Positions 12,173 through 22,519 of a stretch of DNA of 64,000 bases are shown in pieces. This DNA comes from Cladosporium halotolerans (lineage: Eukaryota), in assembly GCF_011745625.1 (NCBI RefSeq), contig NW_027191476.1:1-64000 (forward strand), given 5' to 3'. The position numbers and the translations under genes are program-made. Below the pieces are notes generated by a model. That model saw only the letters and a program-made list of their open reading frames with translations. It was not told where the DNA came from and did not search any database. Within the stretch, counting starts at the first letter, position 1. Each line of letters begins with the position of its first letter.

Positions 12173-14836
12173 ATGACGCGCTTTGCTGCTGCCTTTTCGG
12201 CATCTTCAATTTTACTTTCTCTTAGTATACAGCCATCACATGCGCAAAACGCAACGAACATTCTCAGCTTCGTCGACCCCCTCATCGGCACGATCAATGG
12301 TGGACATGTGTTCGCCGGCGCCAGCTTGCCGTTCTCTATGGCCAAAGCCGTCGCGGATACCAACGGCGGAGAACTCCAAGGAGGCTTTGCGAGCGACGGG
12401 AGCAACATTACAGGCTTCAGCCACATGCACGACTCGGGAACCGGAGGTGTAAGTCTCTCACCGTTTTATTATTCGACAACATACCTTCGCTCGGTGCGGC
12501 TTGTGGTTTCCAAAGTGATGATCAACTTTAGACTCCTTGACTTAGATCTTCGGATCAATGAGGTGTTGATAGATGTTTGACTGACACCATTCCGTACCGA
12601 CTGCTTGCTCGTATTGTTGACAACCTACTGGGAACATTACTGACGCGCAGAACAAACAGTCTCCCTCCCTTGGAAATTTTCCCATCTTCGCTCAGGCAGG
12701 CTGTCCGGACGATGAGCTCAACAACTGTCTCTTCACAAAGACCGACCGCGCTACTCCTCGGATAAATGGCACGGTCGAGGCGAGCCCCGGCTACTTCGCC
12801 ATCGAGCTCGCATCGAGGGTTCGTGCGGAGATGACGGTTGCTAATCACACAGCATTATACCGCTTCACCTTTCCCGAGACCCCCGTCGAAGCCAACGCAC
12901 CCTTGAGCCCTCTGATTCTCGCCGATCTCTCGGACCTACCAGAATCCCGCATCAATGGATCCATCGCCGTCGACGAGCACACCGGCCGCATAACCGGCAG
13001 CGGCACATTCAGCCCAAGCTTTGGCATCGGCTCCTACACCCTGCACTTCTGCGCTGATTTCTCTGGCGCAGCCGTCCGCGACACAGGTGTCTTCATGAAC
13101 AACCGCGCCGGAAGTCAGCCCAAGAACCTCAGCGTGACTTCAGATGGCATCAACAACTCGCCGGAAATCTTGCCCGCCGGCGCCTGGACGCGCTTCAACG
13201 CATCGACTGAGATCCTCGCCCGTGTCGGCGTTAGTTTCATCTCCGTGGACCAAGCATGTTCCAACGCCGAGCGCGAGATACCGTCTTTCGACTTTCCCGC
13301 CACGCATTCCGCTGCTCGCGACGCCTGGACTTCCGCCCTGGACGTCGTGTCCATCAAACCCGGCGGGGCGAACTCCAGCCTACAAACGGTGTTCTGGTCC
13401 GGCCTCTACCGCGCCATGCTCTCGCCGCAAGACTACACGGGCGAGAACCCGCTGTGGTCAAGCGATGAGCCGTATTATGACTCATACTACTGTATTTGGG
13501 ACTCGTTCCGCAGCATCCACTCACTGATCACATTGGTAGACCCTGCAAGCCAGGCGCGTATGATCCGGAGTCTGATCGAGATCTACCGACAGGAAGGCTG
13601 GCTGCCAGACTGTAGGATGAGCTTGTGCAAGGGGTTCACGCAGGGCGGGTCGAATGCCGATGTAGTGTTGACGGAGTCGTACTTGAAGGGCATCAATGAC
13701 GGCATCGACTGGGAGACGGGATTCGAGGCTTTGCTGAAAGATGCAGAAGTAGAGCCGCCGAACTGGGCGGTTGAGGGGAGAGGCGGGTTGAAGAGTTGGA
13801 AGGAGTTGGGGTTCATCCCTACGGATGATTTTGATCCGTACGGTGTCGGGCCTTTTACAAGAAGCATCAGTCGTACGGTCGAGTATGCATATGACGACTT
13901 TTGCGTGGCGGAGATGGCGAGAGGGCTTGGCAGAACGGCCGAGTATGAGAAATATGTTGAGCGGTCGGAGTATTGGCGGTGAGTGGGCTTCAGGCGATTG
14001 ACCTGCCGATGGAGACGTTTATGCTGACTATATCTCGCAACAGCAACATGTATCAAGCGGACTCGACGAGCGCCATCAATGGGACAGACACGGGCTTCGT
14101 CGGCTTCCTGCAACCCAAGTTTCTCAATGGCACCTGGGGCTACCAAGACCCGATTTTTTGCTCTCCCCTGCTAAACTTCACTTCTTGCTACCTCAACCCT
14201 GACGGTCACGAAACCTACGAAGGCAGCTCATGGCTGTACACCTTCTACGTGCCGCATGATATGGCCAACCTGATCACGACCCTCGGCGGACCTGCAACCT
14301 TCACGAGACGGCTAGACTACTTCCACGAGTCTGGGTTGCTTTACATCGGCGACGAGCAGGGGTTTCTGGATGTCTTCCTGTACCACTACGCCGGAAGGCC
14401 AGCAAAGAGCGCCGAGCGCGCGCACTTCTACATCCCTTCGCAATTCAACGACACCGTGAACGGCATCCCAGGCAATGACGACAGCGGCGCGATGGGCTCG
14501 TTCGCGGCGCTGACGATGATGGGGATATTCCCTAACGCGGGCCAAGACGTGTATTTTATCACGCCGCCGTTCTTCGAGGAGGTCAGTTTGAGGAACAAGG
14601 ACACGGGCAAGACGGCGGTGATCAGGAATGTCGGGTTCGACGCGAGCTATGAGAGCATCTACGTGCAGAGCGCGACGCTGGATGGGAAGGCGTATACGAA
14701 GAATTGGATTGGGCACAGCTTCTTCAGGGACGGCGGAGTGCTGGAGCTGACGTTGGGACGGAACGAGAGCTCATGGGGAACGAGGGAGGAGGATCTCCCG
14801 CCCAGCCTGTCGACGAGAGGGCGAATGGGGTACTAG
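12173..14836 (+). CDS. Secreted GH92 alpha-1,2-mannosidase
   Basis: Signal peptide; VDPLIGT, GFSHMHDSGTGG|SPSLGNFP, WDSFRS, TQGGSNAD, SRTVEYAYDDF, PGNDDSGAM; introns 12449-12659 and 13979-14043. Confidence 0.95.
12505..12590 (+). ncRNA. Intronic box C/D snoRNA, predicted guide for the 25S rRNA region around yeast Cm663 (snR58/SNORD104-like)
   Basis: Box C GTGATGA 12515-12521; box D CTGA 12581-12584; internal GATC-TTCG-GATC hairpin. TTAGACTCCTTG (12528-12539) and ATAGATGTT (12569-12577) are antisense to the 25S segment CAAGGAGUCUAACAUCUAU (rRNA sequence recalled). Confidence 0.75.
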
Positions 14837-15682
14837 ACCACGTGGGTTTTGTGTTGCTGGGATGCGGCGGCATGTCGCAGGCTGGAGGTCGGTATGGCAC
14901 GTGAAACGCGGGTGAGGCGTTGTTCGCAGAAGCCGAGATGGCAGGCAGGCTGCAGGCAGGGTGGAACGTCTGATGAAACGGCGCGCTTGAAGAGGCGCCT
15001 TGTTCGCTGAGGTGCGCAAGTGATGTGCGCGTGCTTGCCGCATTGGTGCCTGCACGCCACGCCTTCCTCCTTTGCAGTACTGGGTTGCCATGCGTGCCTG
15101 AGGTTCCCTGCGTCTATACATGCTTCACTGTTGTGCCTGAGGCGGTGCGCCCTATACACGTCCATACCAGTACCTACCGCCAATTTCCATCTACCTAACA
15201 CCCCCTGAGCTGTTCGTCTCACCTCGCCTATTCCTATTATTCACGGCTTCTGCCCCTGGATGAACGATCAGCCGCCACGATGGCGATGTCAGCAATGCTG
15301 CACCACGAGGACGCCCAGCTGCGCAACGAACACGCCGTGAGCGGGCTCGAGGTACGTCTTCACACAACCCATGTTCTTTCTGCCGCTGCTTCACCTCCTC
15401 CTCGCCCTGGCCGTTTGACGGCCTGCCTCGCTGCCTCGCCGGCGCGCGCCATACCAACCCTCCCGCCCGCCAGCCAATCCCAGCCGTGCGCGCCGTAGCG
15501 TGTTCCGAACTTGCCCGCGGCCTGAGCGCTGCCCGTCAGAGCTCCCCCGGCTGCCCAGCGGCGCAAAACACGCCGCCCGCCCGCGCTCGACTTCCACCTC
15601 GTCCTCCTGTATATCGTCTTTTATTGACACCACCTCCTAGACCCATCCACCCCACCGCAGCCTCTTCAGCCGCATCACCACA

Positions 15683-17060
15683 ATGTCTTCCCCGCTCTCC
15701 TCCGACATCCCCAAGCCCTTCGGCAGCACCGAGAAGCTCGCCAAGGACGTCAACAAGGCCGTCGCCCTCCCCGTCCCGGCCTTCGGTGACCTCAGCAAGG
15801 CCGCCAACGACGTACGTATCGCCAATGTCTTCCGTCAGGTAATAGGGCCATGCGCTGACGATTCGCAAAGCTCATCAACAAGGACTTCTACCACACCGCC
15901 CAGGGTTAGCATGCGCAAACAGGTGGATCAAAAAACAGCAATGGCATACTGATGCGCGGATACAGCCACCCTTGATGTCAAGCTCAAGGCTCCCAACGGC
16001 ACCAACGTGACCGTCAAGGGCAAGCAGGGCTTCGACGGTGTCACCAGCGGCTCCGTGAGTTCCCACTGACAAACCCTCGTCTAAACCGAGCGCATGGCGG
16101 CTGACCAGCTATTCAACAGGTCGAGGGCAAGCACACTCTCAAGCCTCAAAGTACGCAAGACACCAATCCCCCTCCCCTTCCTTTACGGGATCGCAAGGGC
16201 TTCGTCAGCGCCATCATGTTCTCTACAGCGCTGCCGACGCCCTTGCGAATACCCACCTACATGTCTATCATGCACACACCCTCCAACAAAACCAACCATT
16301 CCACTCGACTCGTCCTAATGTGTCGACCTCGCACAGACGTCACCGTTACCCAGGCCTGGACCACCGCTTCCCTCCTCGACACCAAGGTCGAGCTCGCCAA
16401 CGTCGCCAGCACTGGCGTCAAGGTTGACCTCCAGAACCTCTGGAACCCCAGCAAGCCCAACAGCGCCGCCCAGAAGCTCAACCTCGCCTTCAAGAACCCT
16501 AACATCCACTCCCGCGCTTTCATCAACTACGGTCTTGCCAACGGCAACCTTGACGCCGTCCTTGACGTGACCGCCGGCCACGAGGGTTTCCTCGTCGGTG
16601 GTGAGGCTGGCTACGATGTCCAGAAGGCCGCCATCACCCGCTACTCCCTCGGTCTCGGCTACCAGGCCCCTACCTTCACCGCTTCCCTCGTCGGTAGCCA
16701 GAACCTGTCCGTCGCCGCCGCCTCCTACTACCAGAAGGTCAACTCCTCCGTCGAGGTCGGCGTCAAGGCCGCCTACGACGTCCAGAACGGCAAGCCCTCT
16801 GGCCTCGAGCTCGCCTCCAAGTACAAGCTTGACCCGCTCACCTTCGCCAAGGTAAGCTTGACCATCTCGTTTCGCAGAGCCATGCTCCATGCTAATCACT
16901 CGCAAAACAGGTCAAGGTCAACGACCGCGGTATCGCCGCCCTTGCCTACAGCACTAAGCTTAACGCCGGCACCACCCTCGGTCTCGGCCTTTCCCTCGAC
17001 ACTGCCAAGCTCAACGAGGCCGGCCACAAGATCGGCACTTCTCTCACTTTCGAGGGTTAA
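15683..17060 (+). CDS. POR1: Mitochondrial outer membrane porin (VDAC)
   Basis: VPAFGDLSKAAND|LINKDFYH, GFLVGGEAGYDVQKAAITRYS, KVNDRGIAALAY, GHKIGTSLTFEG; five introns; strong codon bias. Confidence 0.97.
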
Positions 17061-17304
17061 GTGTATGATACCCGAAAGAGCAGTTTGATGGAGGTGGTGA
17101 AGGATGGTGTGAGAGTGTACATTATGCTAGATGAGATAGCTTGCATGTGAATTGCATAGATTTTTCTCTACAGTATTCGCGATTGTGCAGGTCGATTATT
17201 GTCCTAGAATGATGCGGTAACATGAGCATGGCTTTGGATTCTCTTGTCGTCGAGAATTTGCTACGCCTGATATTTTACATAATCCTGCATTCACACATCT
17301 TACA

Positions 17305-17387
17305 GGTTCTATAGTGTAGCGGTTAGCACTTCGGATTCTGATTTCTTCGGCCTTCCGGCAACCCCGGTTCGATTCCGGGTAGGACCT
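17305..17387 (+). tRNA. tRNA-Gln (CUG) with short intron
   Basis: Acceptor GGTTCTA/TAGGACC; D arm TAGTGTAGCGGTTAGCAC; anticodon CTG at 17338-17340 followed by a ~11-nt intron; T arm CCCGGTTCGATTCCGGG; downstream T runs. Confidence 0.93.
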
Positions 17388-18002
17388 TTCCTTTTGCTCT
17401 TTCCCTGTTCCCTTTTTGTGCAAGGCCAAATATGATGTGGTCGCAGGTCATTAGTGCAATAAAAGTGTCTAGCCGTTTTACAAATTTGGCAAGATGGATG
17501 ACCCGCGCGTAGCGTCTTGCAAGCCATGAGCGAAAGCCTCCATGTGGCACCCATAGCGAGTCGACATTTGTATATCTGGGAAAAAGGTCTAGGATTGCTT
17601 CGTTGAAATACAAAATGATGACTATGACGTATATCTTTCACACAACGCTATCGATCATGGAGTTACCGACCGACATATTTCTCACACTTTCTTCAGAAGT
17701 ATCTCTGTCTGTTTTCAAAACAAAGCTCTGAGCTTTAGGCGCAATGCTCGAGGATACAGCGAGGTCGGGAGATGCTTTGGAGACAACCTCCTCCATTCAT
17801 TGACCATGCTGCTCGACTAGTCCAATACTTCGAAAGAGCGCCTAATGCAACTACATCTCTCGCAATCACCCCTGAGAAGGCTCGTAGCCTCGCTGGTAGG
17901 TTCAAAGTGAAATATGGCATTGCTTACTTGATTATTGAAAAAGAAGAAACGATGTATCTTATATCATAACAGTCTCATCTCAATTACTCATCAGTCCATC
18001 AA

Positions 18003-19676
18003 TTAAAACCACTGGCCAGGTCCCAAATCAACTTCTCTCCCCGCCTTCAGATCCCCCATAATCTCATCAATGCTCCACGGCTCAAACTTATAACCCTTCG
18101 GGTAGTTGGGCGGGATACGCTCGTCGTCTTCGAGCCTCAGGCCCTTTCTCATGGCATCAACACACAGCTGGTAGTTCTCATGCGCATACTTCTCGGCGTC
18201 GTGCTCCCAGATCCATTTGGGCAGGCGAGGCGAGGATTTCCGCGGATCAATCTTGACTTGCGCCCAGTCGGTCTTCTGCAGCAGTTCTGCATTGGCGAAC
18301 CCGATCTTCTGCGCGCAAGCTGTGCGGGTGAATCTGCAGCCCTTGTCAGAGAAGCCATTCGCAATTGGAGTTGAAGTGTTGGAGAAAAGTCTTACCTCAT
18401 CATCTTGTGCACCTGCACCGCTTCAGGAATCTCGTGCTTGCCCGCAACCTCCAAGCAGGACGCGAGCGAGACGGCGTCTTCGAACGCCTGTGTCGCGCCG
18501 TTCCCGGACGATGGTAGGAAGCTGTGCGCACTGTCGCCGATTTGTACGACACGAGACGAAGGCGACGCCCAATTCATTTGCGGGTCACGCCACCAGAGAT
18601 CGAAATTGACGATGCTGTTGGGTGGGCTGCATTTGACTAGGCGTTGGAAGATGGGAGACCAGGGTGGGATGCTGTCGGGGGTGTCGTTCATGGCGTTGAT
18701 AACTTCGGAAGCATCGATGGTGTTGTTCCACGATTCGGCTTCAGAGCCGGTGACCTGAAAGAATGGTCAGTCGGACTGGGTTGGTGACAAAGTGTTGGAC
18801 GATACTTACATCGTGATTGATGATCCAGACGACGACGTCGTCGCGTGTAAGTGTCAAGGCGTACGAGCCAGGACTGTTTCGAGCGTTAGCGTTGTCTTGA
18901 ATGAAAGCAGAGTTAGCACTGACGCAAACCAGGTCCTGACGATCGGATCCACTCCATCCTTGAGCTCAAAGAACTTTTTCACTTCCGGATCAGCATCGAG
19001 ACATTCGACAGGCATGACTGCCCGCCACATGGCGCGGCCCGAGGACCTTGCTCGAACTTCTCCGCCGACTAGCTTGTTCGCTTTGGATCCAATGCCATCA
19101 GCAGCGACGACAAGGTCGGCCTGCATGCTCGTGCCGTCATCGAGCTCGATACCGCCCTTCTCAGACCCTTCATCAAAGTAGTTGACGACTCGCAAGCCAT
19201 ACTCGATCTCAATGCCGAGCTTCTCAACCTGCTCTAGCAACATCTTGTAGACAAGTGGGCGCATTTGGAAGGCTCCTGGCGCATTGCCAGGGTCAAGACC
19301 GGCAGCGTGCAAGCGGTCGGCAACCTTCTGCGGCGGCAGCATCAGATCGCCATTGTGCTTGTAAGTCTCGATCCAGGCATCGTGGAGGGAAATCTCATCG
19401 TAACGTTTCGCCATCTCAGGCCAGTGCCGGAGGAATCGAGTGGCACTGAGGCCCATGAAGTACATGTCTCCTTCAGGGGACGTCAGTGACTTGACCAACA
19501 TTTGATAATGACAGTGGCTTACCAGAGATATCGGGGCCAGCGTTTCGTTCGATTATTCGGACGTTGTGGCCTTTACGAGTGAACTCCAAGGCTGCTGTGA
19601 GGCCGCCAAAGCCGGTTCCCACGATAAGGACATCGATGCCGGAGCTTGGGTAGGTTCCCACTGGAGCAAAATCCAT
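18003..19676 (-). CDS. FAD-dependent monooxygenase (salicylate hydroxylase/MAK1-like)
   Basis: VLIVGTGFGGL, DLVVAADGIGS, VQIGDSAHSFLPSSGNGATQAFEDA; four introns; possible upstream start at 19769. Confidence 0.92.
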
Positions 19677-21629
19677 TGCTTCATCTTTAGAGATGGCGGA
19701 GAGATTGCGCCCGCATGATGCGTGTTGGCTTGAATGAGAGTCGACTCGGACAAGGCATTCGAGACACATAATGTTGAAGTCCCGTTTTGATCTGACAAAA
19801 AGAGTACAGCAGCGAGTGATACGAAAGTGGGAGATAATTCGTTCAAGGAGAACGCGACATGAGGCAAGATATACCTACGTCCCAGGCCTCAACACAACGG
19901 CTTCATAGACTTCTACGACTTCCATGTCCGAGCTGCGACATGACATGAGCATGCCGGGGTCCAGAGGGTGACGCGCCTCCCTTGCACTCAAGGATACCAA
20001 GGATAGCTAAGCAGTGGCATGTTACGCTTTTGCGCACGCAGCAAAGAGGCTGTGTCTTCGCCAAGGGAATACGGCAGAGGGTGTTCGCAGCGAGTCCTGT
20101 AGCATGCAAGCGTGAAACACAGTGTTGAGTCTGGCCAAGGCGGCTGGAGTGACATACGCGCCACGGCTCGCGGTATAGTGATGTTGGTCTTGGCTGACTA
20201 CTGAGACTGGAGCCAGTTTGTTGATCATCGAATGCTTGGAAGGGTATACCTTGAAGACGATCAAGTGGCGTCTGGCCGCGTGAAGAGCTGGGAGGCTGGC
20301 CATGAAATTACCTACATCACCTCAAGCCGGAATCGAAATAGAAAGCCTAGGTTCTCGACACCGTATAGGCCAATGTCCAGAGCAACCCACATTGGGACAC
20401 GTGCATCGGTGGTGAGTTTTTGAGCCATTTTCCTGCGAGGTCCTAAGCTGCCAATGCTTGAGTTGTGTCGATACCGAAGTCGAGATCCACGGCGGGCAAG
20501 ATTCCGTCTCAATGTCTTGGGAACTCTTATAAGCTTGATAAAATCTTGAATCTGCTAGCGCGGGCACCAGGGAACCATTGTAAGCTACAAATGGTTGGGG
20601 TGATTTTGGTCGACAACGAGCGCAAAAGCACACCCAGCACTCGCTTCTACTCCTTCAAAATGGAAACCTTCCTGAAACGCCTCGACAGACACTGTAGCTG
20701 CAAGTATCTCAGCATACCCTGCAGGTGAAGGAGAGCATGCGCGGCAGGTGTGTTCTTGGAAGTGCGTGGCATCGAAAGTCTCCACTGGTGAACATAGATT
20801 GCCTCAGTCCATGATCAGGCCAAGATGCTGGGCATCGTTGTTACTTCAAGGAGGTCTACGCGTCTGATGACGGGGAGAATCGTGAGCCGTCAACATCCTA
20901 CTGATGAATGTCGTCGGACAGGCTTTCGGAGTCCGGAGAAGGTGGAGGAGCTCCGTGGTGGCGGCGGTTTGGAACGCCGACTCACCGACTTCGCTATAAA
21001 GAAACATTTGGCACCCAAAAGTGTATCTGCGTTTGATGATAGATGATGATGAGACTTTGATATGCCTAGAGACATGGGTGTTAGTCAAAGATGATTGCGC
21101 TGTGATATTGGCTGTCGAGCTTTCAAAATTTGGCAAAGATCACGTGATATTATGAACGGTGGATTGGACGTTGGTGTCTTTCAGGGAATATATCTTACAG
21201 CTGTATGCTTTCGGTTCAACGTCATACGTCTTGATCGTGAGAATGTATTTTTTATTCATTCCGTGCATTCCATGCACCCTCTTTTCAACGTTCTGCATTA
21301 TATCTCCGCCAGCTCTTGGAACCATCGCCGTTGTGGGACCAACCGCATCTACCGAAAAGCCGTGAGGGACGATCCGCATTGCGCATTCGGTAAATTCCAG
21401 CGCCGATTTGTATCGTATATGTTCATCTCGTATGAAGCTGGTAAATGGGGCTTTGAGGTGCACCGTGGAAGATTTCACCCTTTTCTGTGCTTGCTTCGGG
21501 TCTGGTGCCTTCAGAGAGGCATTGTCGAAAAACCAGAGCCACTCGAGAGGTCATCTGAGTGATAGCACTGTGTGGCCCTCTTTCTTGACCGAAAGGAACG
21601 CCGAGAAAAAAGAGCCGTTCATCGCGCAT

Positions 21630-22519
21630 CTATCCATCCTCGCCATCCTTCTTCTTCGAATGACTCTTGGGGCTTCCACCTAGAAGTAGCCCGCTGACAC
21701 TCACAATGACCGCCAGAGCACCGCTGATCATTATGAAATTGAACAGCGGACTCGCCCCACCCCCGGAATAATCCAAATCATCCAGCGTCCTCTCCACCTT
21801 CCTCCTCGCCCTATGCCTGGTCTTCTCAATCTTCTCATGCCTCACAAAATGCCCTTGCTGATCAAAATGCGGTACATCGTGGTCGTCTCCTCTCGCAAAC
21901 CCTCCTGGGCCTGTCCCAGCCGCAGAAGGATGGTCTCGCGTTTCCCCGGGCCCATGCGAAGCATATTGCCCTCTCTTCTCGCTGTGCGCACCCCAGCCGC
22001 CAGAGCGGTAGAATGAGGGCGGCGGGCCCTTGAACTGCGTGCGACGCTTACTCAATCCGGAGGCGGGTCGGCCGCCCGCAGGCGTGCTGTGCGAGGAGTA
22101 CGAACCGCGGTGGCCAGCATGGCCGGAGCTTTCGGGCGCGCTGGCGGGGAGGAAGTCACGGTCGTAGCGCTGGCGTTTCTCGGGCGATCCGAGGACGGAG
22201 TAAGCTTCGCTGATGGCGACGAATTTCTTGGACTTGGAGGGGTCATTGGGATGAAGGTCGGGGTGGTGGGATTTGGACAAGCGATAGAAGGATCTGAGAT
22301 GGGATGTCAGTTGGATTCCAGCATGAGGTTGAGGAGGACGTCATACTTCTTCACCTCAGTGGGTGTCGCGTGTGTCGGCAGTTCCAGTGTCTGGTAATGG
22401 TCTGGCATGTGACTAGCTTGAAGGAAAGCGGATTGGCGAAAGGTGCGCTGGAGGATGGGCTGATTGGGACATAGTGGTGGTGGCTGCAGTCGCCGGAGCA
22501 GGCTGGACCGCACGAGCAT
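21630..22519 (-). CDS. J-domain (DnaJ) protein, probably mitochondrial, with C-terminal TM segment
   Basis: DHYQTLEL..HATPTEVKK|..LSKSHHPD...FVAISEAYSVLG; Arg-rich presequence; one intron. Confidence 0.88.

Noticed and set aside
20000..20520. Possible HET-domain relic (DLAGKWLKN..H..C)
   Set aside because: Core HET motifs (Y.ALS..WG, WIDSLCI.Q) were not found.
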